NCBI GenBank assembly: GCA_050949255.1
Contig: JBMNFJ010000016.1
Coordinates: forward strand, 140,665 to 204,664
DNA: 64,000 nt
Origin: Caldicoprobacterales bacterium
Lineage (GTDB): Bacteria > Bacillota > Clostridia > Caldicoprobacterales > UBA3941
Reading direction: 5' to 3'
Part shown: one piece after another, positions 55,760 through 64,000 of the stretch
Position numbering within the stretch: the stretch's first letter is position 1
Layout of the letters: each line of letters begins with the position of its first letter
Translations under genes and position numbers: made by a program
The notes under the pieces: generated by a model
Seen by the model: only the letters and a program-made list of their open reading frames with translations
Told to the model about the DNA's origin: nothing
The model's database searches: none

Positions 55760-56794
55760 ATGATACGCAGACCGTTAAAACGTCAGGAAGTAATAAATGC
55801 AATAGAAAGAAAAGGGGAAGGGAAGATACCCTTGGTTTGGCATAAGTGGTGGGGGGATGGATTGGAAGAAAAATATGGTAGTGCTTTAACAGAAATGGCA
55901 AAAGACTTTCCCGATGATATATTGTCGGTCATCTATCAGGCTCCGGGAGAAGATGTAAGTCCTACAGAAAACCCGAATTATAGATGGGGTTATAAACCGG
56001 ATTATAGTGGGGCAGAACGTCACAGCATAGGCAGATCCATAGAACTTTTACCGGACTGGGGTGGGTTGGATCTGTTTTTGGCTGATTTCCCCAACCCCAA
56101 CGAGCCGGGTACTTTTGATAACGTTAAGGCTATAGTTGAAAAAGATAACGAGAGATATAGATTGGGAGGATGGTGGAGGCTATATCACGAAAGGCTTTGG
56201 GGAATCAGGGGAATGGAAAACCTGATGATGGACTACTATGACAATATGGCTGGGTTAAAAATCATATGTCGACATCTTACGGATTATTATAAGGTTATTA
56301 TAGACCGATTTAAAGAATTGGATTTTGACGGAATCTTTACATCAGACGATTTAGGTCACCAATCCGGGCCTATGATGTCTCCGGAGATATTTGAAGAACT
56401 ATATTTCCCCTTTTATTGTGAGATTATTAACTATGTACATAGTAAGGGGATGCATTTCTTCCTCCATTCCTGCGGTGATAATACCAAGCTGATGAAGTAT
56501 TTAATCGAGGCCGGTGTGGATGTCTTTCATCCGGTTCAAAAGGGATGTATGGATGAAGTGGAAACGGCCAATATGTTTGGAGACAGGATATCCTTTCTCG
56601 TAGGCGTGGATGTACAGCACTTGCTCCCAAATGGCACTGCCCAGGAAATAAGGGACGGGATAAGGAGGATTATAGAGATATTCCATAAGCCTGAGGGAGG
56701 GTTGTTATTAGGCGCAGGAAATGGGATCTTGCCGGATACCCCTATTGAGAACATCAGGGTTATGTTGGAGGAATTATCACGATCACGAAATTAA
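55760..56794 (+). CDS. Uroporphyrinogen decarboxylase (URO-D) family protein, non-heme paralogue
   Basis: 344 aa from ATG 55760 (SD AGGAGA). The URO-D/MtaA-like pattern shows in ...FTSDDLGHQSGPMMSPEIFEE...FFLHSCGD... Confidence 0.7.
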   Translation: MIRRPLKRQEVINAIERKGEGKIPLVWHKWWGDGLEEKYGSALTEMAKDFPDDILSVIYQAPGEDVSPTENPNYRWGYKPDYSGAERHSIGRSIELLPDWGGLDLFLADFPNPNEPGTFDNVKAIVEKDNERYRLGGWWRLYHERLWGIRGMENLMMDYYDNMAGLKIICRHLTDYYKVIIDRFKELDFDGIFTSDDLGHQSGPMMSPEIFEELYFPFYCEIINYVHSKGMHFFLHSCGDNTKLMKYLIEAGVDVFHPVQKGCMDEVETANMFGDRISFLVGVDVQHLLPNGTAQEIRDGIRRIIEIFHKPEGGLLLGAGNGILPDTPIENIRVMLEELSRSRN

Positions 56795-56805
56795 TAAGTT
56801 AAATA

Positions 56806-56834
56806 TTGACTATAAGAGAATGACATGTTAAAAT
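56806..56834 (+). promoter_or_regulatory. Sigma-A-type promoter upstream of marR
   Basis: TTGACT (56806-56811), a 17-nt spacer, then TAAAAT (56829-56834). AATATTAAC is repeated at about 56832 and about 56872. Confidence 0.5.
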
Positions 56835-57004
56835 ATTAACGAAAAGCGTCGAAATAATGGATTTGAAGGTAGATGTTGTAATATTAACAACTTGCTAAGT
56901 AACGGCAAGGTACCTGCCGAATGGTATAGTTCGATACTAATTTGTTATGGGCAATCCTCCTAGGTATCTAAGAATGAAGATATTCATATTGGTTGGTGAA
57001 TTGA

Positions 57005-57436
57005 TTGTTTAATTTGGATGATTGTATAGCCTTTATAACATGTCAAAGTGGAAAAATTTTTTCCGATGTGCTGGAGAGGAAGTTAGCGGGATATAAGGCT
57101 ACCAGGTCCCAATGGATTGCAATGCATTATATATATAATTGCCGTAATTTGACTCAACGGGAATTGGCTGACAAGATGTCGGTAAGCCAACCTACGGTGG
57201 TTAGATTCCTCCAGAGCTTGGAGTTTAAAGGTTATTTAAAACGTATTAGTGACGATAAGGATAAAAGGGTAAAACAGCTGGAGTTGACAGAGGAAGGTAT
57301 TAAGGTATATCTTGATATCTTGCCTGTAGTGGAAGAATTTCAAGCCAATACCCTAGCCGGTATCAGTCAGGAGGATCTTAATACAGTAAAAAATACTTTG
57401 GATACTATGATTAGGAATGCTCTGGTAAATGTTTAG
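57005..57436 (+). CDS. MarR-family transcriptional regulator
   Basis: The winged HTH reads TRSQWIAMHYIY...LTQRELADKMSVSQPTVVRFLQSLEFKGYLKRISDDKDKRVKQLELT. TTG start. Confidence 0.8.
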   Translation: MFNLDDCIAFITCQSGKIFSDVLERKLAGYKATRSQWIAMHYIYNCRNLTQRELADKMSVSQPTVVRFLQSLEFKGYLKRISDDKDKRVKQLELTEEGIKVYLDILPVVEEFQANTLAGISQEDLNTVKNTLDTMIRNALVNV

Positions 57437-57558
57437 TTCTTTTCCATTGGACATTAGAATTTTCGTTGGTGTGTATACCTAAAGATGGACTATGCTCTTC
57501 ATACTTTTAGGAAAATCTAATTTCAGTTGCCATTGAAATAATGTTCCCTAGATTTACA

Positions 57559-57615
57559 AGAATAGGGATGGGTATGTCAGTAAGTCAACCCATCCCTATT
57601 CTATTAGTTTTCTTC
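57559..57615. terminator. Bidirectional terminator (marR / metQ)
   Basis: AGAATAGGGATGGGT (57559-57573) pairs with ACCCATCCCTATTCT (57588-57602), a perfect 15-bp stem, followed by ATTAGTTTTCTT. Confidence 0.85.
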
Positions 57616-57688
57616 GATAACTAAAAAAGTAACTTTACTATATTCATGTGTAATAATATGAACGAGATCGATTGGTAAAATAGTTTAA

Positions 57689-58498
57689 TTAATTTACCGG
57701 CACAACAGCGCCTTGGTATTTTTCTTCGATAAACTGCTTTACCTTATCGCTTTTTAAGGCATCAACCAAGGCCTTAAGTTTTTCGCTATTTTCATCGCCT
57801 TCCCTGACTGCCACAATATTGGCGTAGGTTTCCGCAGCCAGTGAACTCTGCTCCTCTATGGCCAAGGCATCAGTAGCTGCGTTTAATCCTGCCTGAATGG
57901 CATAGTTGCCGTTTATAACCGCCATATCCACATCGGGTAGAGAGCGGGCAAGCTGGGCGGCTTCAATTTCTACAATTTTGATGTTCTTAGGATTTTCTAT
58001 AATGTCAATGACTGTAGCCTGAAGGCCGGCATCGGGGTTTAACTTGATAAGCCCCTGGGCTTCCAGAAGAAGTAGGGCTCTTGCCTCGTTCGTAGCATCG
58101 TTGGGTACAGCTATTTGGGCACCGTCGGGCAGTTCATCAATAGACTGTGTCTTGCCTGGATAGATGCCAAAGGGCTCATAATGGATGGCGGCAATGGATA
58201 CAAGTTTAGTCTTATTTTCCGCATTGAAATCGTCCAGGTAGGGCTTATGCTGGAAATAGTTGGCGTCCAAATCACCTGAGTCCAAGGTCATATTGGGCTG
58301 AAAATAATCGGTGAATTCCTTGATTTCCAGTTCGTATCCCTTGCTCTCCAACTCTTCTTTAGCGACTTCTAAAATTTCCGCATGGGGGGTGGGAGATGCA
58401 CCCACTATGATCTTTTTGTCGCTGCCGGATTTTGCACAGCCGGCTAATATTGATAGTGCCAATAGTGTACTAAGTAGAATAAGTAAAACTTTTCTCAT
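57689..58498 (-). CDS. metQ: Methionine ABC transporter substrate-binding lipoprotein (NlpA/MetQ family)
   Basis: Lipobox ILAG-C. NlpA-family body (IIVGASPTPHAEILE ... VINGNYA). Confidence 0.9.
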   Translation of the reverse strand: MRKVLLILLSTLLALSILAGCAKSGSDKKIIVGASPTPHAEILEVAKEELESKGYELEIKEFTDYFQPNMTLDSGDLDANYFQHKPYLDDFNAENKTKLVSIAAIHYEPFGIYPGKTQSIDELPDGAQIAVPNDATNEARALLLLEAQGLIKLNPDAGLQATVIDIIENPKNIKIVEIEAAQLARSLPDVDMAVINGNYAIQAGLNAATDALAIEEQSSLAAETYANIVAVREGDENSEKLKALVDALKSDKVKQFIEEKYQGAVVPVN

Positions 58499-58536
58499 AG
58501 GTCTAACCTCCTAATTTTCGTATTAAATATTATTTA

Positions 58537-58576
58537 GAACGCGGCGAGGAATTCATTTAAGAATCTCGCCGCGTTC
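58537..58576 (-). other. GC-rich intercistronic stem-loop between metI and metQ
   Basis: GAACGCGGCGAG (58537-58548) pairs with CTCGCCGCGTTC (58565-58576), a perfect 12-bp stem. Confidence 0.6.
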
Positions 58577-58611
58577 AATTAGCAGATTAACTTAAATTCC
58601 ATTAAAAGTTG

Positions 58612-59280
58612 CTATTTCCTCTTATCTCCGATTTTGGCCAGCCTCATCCCAATTTCCTGGAGGACCTGTACAATTATAACCAAAATTGCTACCGATACAA
58701 TCATGATATCCGTTTCGTATCGGTGAAGCCCGTATCTTATGGCTATATCTCCAAGTCCGCCACCGGCTACTATTCCGGCCATAGCTGAATAGCTGAGAAT
58801 GGTGGTCACAGCTATGGCGCTGCCCAGGATCAATGATGGCCTTGCCTCCGGAAGCATTACCTTCCAGATTATTTGTGCAGGGGATGCACCCATAGACTCC
58901 GCTGCTTCGATGACCCCGCTGTCCACCTCTTTTAAGGAAGATTCCACCAGCCTGGCTATAAAGGGAGCAGCTGCAATGACCAAGGGTACAACAGTTGCAT
59001 TAGAACCGATAGTTGTACCTACCACAAACCGGGTAATGGGAAACACCAAAATCAATAGGATCAAAAAGGGTACGGACCGCAAAAGATTTATGATGACGCC
59101 AAGTACCATATTAAAATACTTTTTCGGGTAGATACCGTCCTTGTCTGTAACTACCAGGGCAATTCCAAGAGGCAGACCCAGGATATAGGCCACAAAAGTT
59201 GAAACCAATGTCATATATAGGGTTTCCAAGAACCCCCATCCAATCATGCTTATTATTTGCGGCTCAAACATATCCTTCAA
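58612..59280 (-). CDS. metI: Methionine ABC transporter permease
   Basis: 222 aa with 5 TM segments. The EAA loop is EAAESMGASPAQIIWKVMLPEA. Confidence 0.9.
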   Translation of the reverse strand: MKDMFEPQIISMIGWGFLETLYMTLVSTFVAYILGLPLGIALVVTDKDGIYPKKYFNMVLGVIINLLRSVPFLILLILVFPITRFVVGTTIGSNATVVPLVIAAAPFIARLVESSLKEVDSGVIEAAESMGASPAQIIWKVMLPEARPSLILGSAIAVTTILSYSAMAGIVAGGGLGDIAIRYGLHRYETDIMIVSVAILVIIVQVLQEIGMRLAKIGDKRK

Positions 59281-60274
59281 CCTCCTCTACCATTAAATTT
59301 TTCGCCCTTAGATATTCTATCATCCCATTGGCAATGTCATCATCCTGAGGCAGTTGAATTACAAGCTGTCCAAAGGCCTTTCCGTCAATATTTTTTGTGT
59401 CCGCGAATAGAATATTGACCGGTTGTCGGAAATCCAGCACCATACCGGCTATCACCGGCTCAAAGGAGGAATTGCCATCAAAAACGATTCTTATGCACCG
59501 AGTGCCGGAAAAATGCCTAATGGATTGATCCTGTGGGAAGACTAATCGTTTAGCTGCGGCTGTCTTCGGGTTGGAAAAGATTTGTTCGACATCACCTACT
59601 TCTGCAATACGGCTATGATCAATAATAGCTACCCGATTGCAGATATCCTGGATTACCCGCATCTCATGGGTAATTACAACAATGGTGATGCCAAGACGTT
59701 TGTTAATGTCCTTTAAAAGAGTCAGAACTCCTTGGGTAGTCGCCGGGTCCAAAGCACTGGTAGCCTCATCGCACAGGAGTACCTTAGGATTGGTTGCCAA
59801 TGCCCTGGCGATAGCCACTCTTTGGCATTGTCCTCCGGATAGCTGGGCTGGATAGGAATCAGCCTTCTCTGAAATTCCAACAAGCTCCAACAATTCATGT
59901 GCACGCTTCCTGGCTGACTTTTTGTCCACACCAGCTATTTCCAAGGGGAAGCAGATGTTGCCTATTACATCTCTTTGCATGAGCAAATTAAACTGTTGAA
60001 AGATCATCCCCATGGATTGGCGTATTTTGTACAGTTCTTTTTTGGTAAGGCGCGATAGATCATTGCCGTCAAAAAAAACCGTGCCTTGGGTGGGCTTTTC
60101 CAGGAAGTTGATGCATCGGACCAGGGTGCTTTTACCGGCACCGCTCATACCGATGATCCCAAATATCTCCCCTTCAAGGATTTCTAAGTTTATATTGTCT
60201 AGGGCTTGAAATTCTCCATTTGTGCTCTTGAAAGTTTTACTTAAATTTTTTATTTCAATAATTGGATTCTTCAT
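59264..60274 (-). CDS. metN: Methionine ABC transporter ATP-binding protein
   Basis: Walker A GMSGAGKST, signature LSGGQCQR, Walker B LLCDEATSALD and a C-terminal NIL domain. The SD-rich AAGGGGGTGGGG lies upstream of ATG 60274. Confidence 0.92.
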   Translation of the reverse strand: MKNPIIEIKNLSKTFKSTNGEFQALDNINLEILEGEIFGIIGMSGAGKSTLVRCINFLEKPTQGTVFFDGNDLSRLTKKELYKIRQSMGMIFQQFNLLMQRDVIGNICFPLEIAGVDKKSARKRAHELLELVGISEKADSYPAQLSGGQCQRVAIARALATNPKVLLCDEATSALDPATTQGVLTLLKDINKRLGITIVVITHEMRVIQDICNRVAIIDHSRIAEVGDVEQIFSNPKTAAAKRLVFPQDQSIRHFSGTRCIRIVFDGNSSFEPVIAGMVLDFRQPVNILFADTKNIDGKAFGQLVIQLPQDDDIANGMIEYLRAKNLMVEEVEGYV

Positions 60275-60319
60275 AATCACCCCACCCCCTTACCATTTTT
60301 ATAAAACTTTACTAGTAGC

Positions 60320-60402
60320 CACAAAACAACAGTATACACCTTCCGAATCCCAATTGTGAGTCATACGATCAGTGATTGGTTGCCGGAGAATGGATGTGTA
60401 TA
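60320..60402 (-). promoter_or_regulatory. Long imperfect hairpin + U-tract in the metN leader (candidate attenuator, class unknown)
   Basis: On the minus-strand RNA, UAUACAC (60396-60402) pairs with GUGUAUA (60334-60340). Inner UCC/GGA and CCAAU/AUUGG pairings are present. CUGUUGUUUUG follows at 60320-60333. Confidence 0.35.
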
Positions 60403-60646
60403 TTGATATTTTGCTAAAGTATATGATACATATAGTACCACTATTACGACAAATAAACAAGCATCTGTATTAATCCAATAATATCCCCAGCCCATTTTAA
60501 TTTAGTATATTATGATAGCTTAGGCAGTAGATAAATGCACTACGGCAGTTAAAGGTATAAATGATGGCTAAGGGTTGTTTATCTTTACATCGAAGGAAGA
60601 TATAAATCCCACTATAGAATAGGAGCTATAAGGGTGGGGGGAAACC

Positions 60647-60676
60647 TTGAAGGCCAGTACTTGGGTATGATACAAT
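60647..60676 (+). promoter_or_regulatory. Candidate extended -10 promoter for the nitroreductase gene
   Basis: TTGAAG (60647-60652), an 18-nt spacer ending in TGA, then TACAAT (60671-60676). Confidence 0.4.
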
Positions 60677-60756
60677 AGGATGGTGGTGCTTTGAGCGGAA
60701 AAAAGCTAAGGCATGGAACAGGATTATCCTGAAAACATATAAGGAGGAGATGTCAA

Positions 60757-61257
60757 ATGAGCGTGATCTTTAAAAGACGAAGTATCAGGGAGTATACCGA
60801 TAAAATTGTACCGGACGAGCTTATTGAAAAGGTTATAAGGGCCGGTATGGCAGCACCATCGGCGGGTAATCAGCAGCCATGGCATTTTATCGTGATTGAT
60901 GACAGAGAAACTTTGAACGAGATCCCCAAATTTCATCCCCATTCCAATATGCTAAAGAAGGCAAGCCATGCTATAGTCGTATGCGGCGATCTACCACGGC
61001 AAAGGTATGAAGGATATTGGGTGCAGGATTGTTCAGCCGCTACCCAGAATATGTTGCTGATGGCAACTGAATTAGGCTTGGGAGCTGTATGGCTGGGAGT
61101 TTATCCTGTTGATGACAGGGTGAAAGCACTTAAGGATTTACTTGACATACCGGAAGAAGTGATTCCGCTATGCATAGTATCCATAGGCTATCCGGCAGAA
61201 AACAAGGGACCGGCTGATAGGTTCGATGCTTCAAGAATTCATAAGAACAAGTGGTAA
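60757..61257 (+). CDS. Nitroreductase-family flavoprotein
   Basis: RRSIREYT and PSAGNQQPW motifs. RBS AAGGAGGAG. Confidence 0.85.
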   Translation: MSVIFKRRSIREYTDKIVPDELIEKVIRAGMAAPSAGNQQPWHFIVIDDRETLNEIPKFHPHSNMLKKASHAIVVCGDLPRQRYEGYWVQDCSAATQNMLLMATELGLGAVWLGVYPVDDRVKALKDLLDIPEEVIPLCIVSIGYPAENKGPADRFDASRIHKNKW

Positions 61258-61281
61258 TTATAAGGAAAGGAGGTGAAAGAT

Positions 61282-61737
61282 ATGGATAAGTCTATTCTGG
61301 GAACCAGAATCGTAACCCAGGTTGGAATTCTGGTAAACGATATTGAAAAATCCTGTCAGGATTTTGCCGATTTTCTGGGCGTGGAAAATCCGGGGTATAG
61401 CATAACCGATACCATAGACAAAACCCAAGCCGAATACAGGGGAGAACCCTGCAAAGCCAGGGCAAAACTGGCCTTCTTCCCCGTAGGAGAGAACCTAACC
61501 ATCGAATTAATCGAACCCGACGAGAATCCCAGCGTTTGGAGGGAGGATCTGGACAAAAACGGCGAAGGGTTCCATCATATTGCCTTTGTTATTGATGGTA
61601 TGAAGGAAAAGGTTATGCTTTTGGAAAGAAACGGCATGCCCCTCATACAGAAGGGCGAATATACAGGTGGTCGTTATGCATACATAGATGCGAGGGAGAA
61701 GCTGAAGGTTTTGATCGAGCTTCTGGAAAACGACTAA
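61282..61737 (+). CDS. VOC (glyoxalase/bleomycin-resistance/dioxygenase) family protein
   Basis: 151 aa from ATG 61282 (SD GGAGGTG). Paired beta-alpha-beta-beta-beta pattern with ...GEGFHHIAF.... Confidence 0.7.
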   Translation: MDKSILGTRIVTQVGILVNDIEKSCQDFADFLGVENPGYSITDTIDKTQAEYRGEPCKARAKLAFFPVGENLTIELIEPDENPSVWREDLDKNGEGFHHIAFVIDGMKEKVMLLERNGMPLIQKGEYTGGRYAYIDAREKLKVLIELLEND

Positions 61738-61808
61738 CAATACCAGAAACATGATTGTTTGGGCACATATGCCAGTTTTAATCATGTAACCAAATATTCT
61801 ATTTATAA

Positions 61809-61852
61809 GGACCTGCGATCCATATGCCATATGGGCCGCAGGTTCTTATTTT
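61809..61852 (+). terminator. Intrinsic terminator
   Basis: GGACCTGCG (61809-61817) pairs with CGCAGGTTC (61837-61845), followed by TTATTTT. Confidence 0.75.
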
Positions 61853-61962
61853 AATCGGATATCCTATCCATAATAGCGAATAATATGTATGATTCAAAAA
61901 AATCTATAAGGGTTATTTATACTATAAAGGATATAACTACCTAAGAGAATGGAGGAGAAAGT

Positions 61963-63183
61963 ATGAGCGAACTTATAAATAATAGAGAATATAGGCAAAA
62001 GGTGCTTAAGGAATTAATTATGGAGCTACACGATGGGAAACCCGTTGAAGAGGTAAAGGAACGCTTTGCAAAACTAATTGAGGGTGTATCCGTGGCTGAG
62101 ATCTCTGAAATGGAGCAAAGCCTTATAATGGAAGGGATGCCCATTGAAGAGGTGCAAAGGCTATGTGATGTGCATGCGGCGGTCTTCAAAGGGTCCATCG
62201 AGGATATCCATAAGCCCGTTCACATAGATGAAATCCCGGGTCACCCTATGCATACATTTAAATGGGAGAACAGGGAGATAGAAAAGAAACTGGAATCCCA
62301 GGTGGAACCTGCTTTGGTAGCCTTTAAGGACTCTGATAGTCAGGAGAATGTCAACGGCTTACTTGAAAATATCGGGAAGCTTTTGGAGATTGATAAGCAT
62401 TACAGCCGCAAAGAAAATCTGGTGTTCCCACATCTGGAGAATGCCGGGATCACAGCCCCGCCCCAGGTAATGTGGGGAGTAGACGATGAAATTCGTAATA
62501 AGCTAAAGGAAGCACATGATCTGCTTAGCAACTACAAGGGGAACAAAGAAGAAGTAGCTCAAAAGGTTGAAGGAGTGGTCGGAGATATAAAGGAGATGAT
62601 ATTCAAAGAAGAAAACATACTGTTTCCTTTATTAACCGAAACCTTGACCGAAGATGAGTGGTTAACCGTCTATAGAGATAGCGACGAGATCGGTTATACC
62701 TTTATAACTCCAAGGGCAAAATGGGTACCGGAAAGGGCGGACTATGCTGAGAATACTTCCCAGCCCCATATTGAGTCCGATGTAGTACGATTTGACAGCG
62801 GAGTGTTGACGGTACATGAGATCGAGAATCTGCTTAACCATCTACCCATAGATATCACCTTTGTAGATAAAGAGGACAGGGTAAAATATTTTTCACAAAG
62901 CAGCGAGAGGATCTTTGCAAGACCCAAGAGTGTAATTGGAAGAACCGTGCAGAACTGCCATCCTCCCGCCAGCATGCATGTAGTAAATCAAATAGTTGAG
63001 GATTTTAAAAGCGGAGCCAAGGATCATGAGGACTTTTGGATCAGGATGGGAGAGAAGTATGTCCTAATCAGATATTTTGCCGTAAGAGATGAGAATGGGG
63101 AATATTTGGGGACCATGGAGGTTACTCAGGATATCGCACCTTTACAAAAGATCCAAGGGGAGAGAAGGCTCCTGTCCGAATGA
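61963..63183 (+). CDS. DUF438/hemerythrin-like + PAS-domain protein
   Basis: The N-terminus KVLKELIMELHDGKPVEEVKERFAKLIEGVSVAEISEMEQSLI is DUF1858/DUF438-like. HHE-type helices follow, and the C-terminus has a PAS-like region. Confidence 0.75.
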   Translation: MSELINNREYRQKVLKELIMELHDGKPVEEVKERFAKLIEGVSVAEISEMEQSLIMEGMPIEEVQRLCDVHAAVFKGSIEDIHKPVHIDEIPGHPMHTFKWENREIEKKLESQVEPALVAFKDSDSQENVNGLLENIGKLLEIDKHYSRKENLVFPHLENAGITAPPQVMWGVDDEIRNKLKEAHDLLSNYKGNKEEVAQKVEGVVGDIKEMIFKEENILFPLLTETLTEDEWLTVYRDSDEIGYTFITPRAKWVPERADYAENTSQPHIESDVVRFDSGVLTVHEIENLLNHLPIDITFVDKEDRVKYFSQSSERIFARPKSVIGRTVQNCHPPASMHVVNQIVEDFKSGAKDHEDFWIRMGEKYVLIRYFAVRDENGEYLGTMEVTQDIAPLQKIQGERRLLSE

Positions 63184-63184
63184 T

Positions 63185-63538
63185 TTAAATTTTATAGATA
63201 TACCACTTACAGGTCCTTAGTTCGTAGCGAATCTCATAAAGCCTTTCTATACCGTGGACCTGGCTTCGACAGGTGAATACTATTATGGGGTTGCCAGCCA
63301 GTTTCTCTTCTTTACGGGATATGGTCTGCGCTACCTTGATAACTATATAACTGCCATCGGGTTGTTCCATCCGAAAACGAATTGGGGTGGGCAACCCATC
63401 CTGGGTAAACCAGGCAATCATTTCTATAGGTTTCATCAGGACTTTCACAGAAATCACCACAACCGACCGGTATCGCCCCGGATAAACCTCTGATGAGTTT
63501 TCCGGGGGATAACCGTTTATATAATCAACCAGGCCCAT
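63185..63538 (-). CDS. Small hypothetical protein downstream of the Y-family polymerase gene
   Basis: The ORF is on the same strand as, and 75 nt downstream of, the polymerase gene. The real start is probably internal (MKPIEMIAWF..., about 63436). Confidence 0.45.
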   Translation of the reverse strand: MGLVDYINGYPPENSSEVYPGRYRSVVVISVKVLMKPIEMIAWFTQDGLPTPIRFRMEQPDGSYIVIKVAQTISRKEEKLAGNPIIVFTCRSQVHGIERLYEIRYELRTCKWYIYKI

Positions 63539-63613
63539 AACCGTACTCTATATTATGCGGGCTTGGTTGATTTTATTTACATGTCAAGGGGACGTTTCGT
63601 TTGTCACCAAAAA

Positions 63614-64000
63614 TCACAATATGCTGGACATCATGGGGTATTCCTCTTCTTGTATTACACCTCCCATCATGTGACCCAGGCCTGTGTAGAGGAAGCATGA
63701 GCGCATAATGGAATCACCGCCGTATTGTTCCCTGATCTCATCTACGGCTGTATCTAAGGCCCTTTGCTTTTCGATATCGGCTTCAAAAAAGGAAAGCTGA
63801 TAGAGATCATCGCTATACAGATCCGATGCCCTTATTCCCAGATGCCGCAGCGGCTGGCCCTCCCATAGCTCATCGAACAATATACAGGCATTTTTATAAA
63901 TTATATTGGTAGAATTGGTTGGCACATCCAACTTTTTTTGACGGGAAACGGATACAAAATCCCTATCTTTTATGGACACCGACAGAACGCCGGCTGACTT
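63614..64000 (-). CDS. Y-family DNA polymerase (DinB/PolIV-like), C-terminal part only (5' end outside the window)
   Basis: The frame is open to the window edge. ...VSIKDRDFVSVSRQKKL...LRHLGIRASDL... resembles a little-finger domain. Confidence 0.75.
   Translation of the reverse strand, partial: KSAGVLSVSIKDRDFVSVSRQKKLDVPTNSTNIIYKNACILFDELWEGQPLRHLGIRASDLYSDDLYQLSFFEADIEKQRALDTAVDEIREQYGGDSIMRSCFLYTGLGHMMGGVIQEEEYPMMSSIL

Noticed and set aside
60378-60384. A GGCAACC heptamer (minus strand) in the metN leader, reminiscent of the SAM-I/SAM-IV riboswitch core.
   Set aside because: The other S-box elements (GAGGGA, GGCCC, the AUUCC/GCA junction, the four-way helices) are not present around it. 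I do not call a SAM riboswitch.
60600-60700. A G-rich stretch (AAGGGTGGGGGGAAACCTTGAAGGCCAG) and GGTGGTGCT, which briefly looked like riboswitch or T-box fragments upstream of the nitroreductase gene.
   Set aside because: It does not match the cobalamin, FMN or T-box consensus beyond a few bases. It is better explained as the -35 region (TTGAAG) and a short 5' UTR.
1-64000. A search by eye for CRISPR arrays, tRNA/rRNA genes, integrases and prophage or toxin-antitoxin modules.
   Set aside because: I found no regularly spaced direct repeats, no tRNA T-loop/acceptor signatures and no recombinase ORFs. The only mobile-element trace is the IS256-family remnant at 45847-46686.

Overview
The window reads as an AT-rich chromosomal segment from a low-GC Gram-positive organism, probably Clostridia-like. 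The basis is GGAGG-type ribosome binding sites, a T-box leader, ytfI/ytfJ(GerW)-type sporulation genes and lipobox lipoproteins. I support about 57 protein-coding genes, called by motif-level reading of the supplied ORF translations. I did not see rRNA, tRNA or CRISPR arrays.

Gene content, in order along the window:
- 1-5.7 kb: a YesN/AraC response regulator plus an LplABC-like sugar ABC importer.
- 5.9-9.8 kb: secA and prfB. prfB has its programmed +1 frameshift, which the ORF track misses.
- 9.9-17.8 kb: PHP phosphoesterase, orphan cheW, MATE efflux pump, GH78 rhamnosidase, LysE exporter and a URO-D-like protein.
- 17.9-22.2 kb: sbcDC.
- 22.3-24.3 kb: a BlaR1/BlaI-type pair.
- 24.4-30.5 kb: gamma-carbonic-anhydrase-like protein, an ABC-F ATPase behind a leader, a G1P-dehydrogenase-like enzyme and murQ.
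- 30.6-36.8 kb: an accessory-looking block with DUF1848, a Zn-ribbon protein, DUF362, an Lnt-type N-acyltransferase, a membrane protein and an Mrr-type nuclease.
- 36.9-44.4 kb: a T-box leader driving a TIM-barrel/acyl-adenylate-ligase fusion gene, then GH32, a small (p)ppGpp-hydrolase-like HD protein, an MFS transporter and a 2-hydroxyacid dehydrogenase.
- 44.5-46.9 kb: a decayed patch with a truncated BNR/sialidase gene, a TipA-type MerR regulator and a 5'-truncated IS256-family transposase.
- 47-51 kb: a second TIM-barrel gene and a hydantoinase-like/HDAC-like operon.
- 51-64 kb: cyclophilin, TraX, a ferredoxin-like protein, a sigma/anti-sigma/DUF2953/ytfJ operon, a URO-D family protein, MarR, metNIQ, nitroreductase, VOC, DUF438 and the 3' end of a Y-family polymerase gene.

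The most unusual items are:
- a complete T-box (probable Leu specifier) on a non-canonical fused enzyme gene;
- an ABC-F gene preceded by a promoter, a 7-codon uORF and a terminator;
- an Lnt-type enzyme in a Firmicute-like context;
- a GC-rich nested inverted-repeat element next to the IS remnant;
- unexplained leader structures upstream of metN and the GH78 gene.

No single obviously novel multi-gene system is demonstrable from sequence alone. Functional interpretations are inference.
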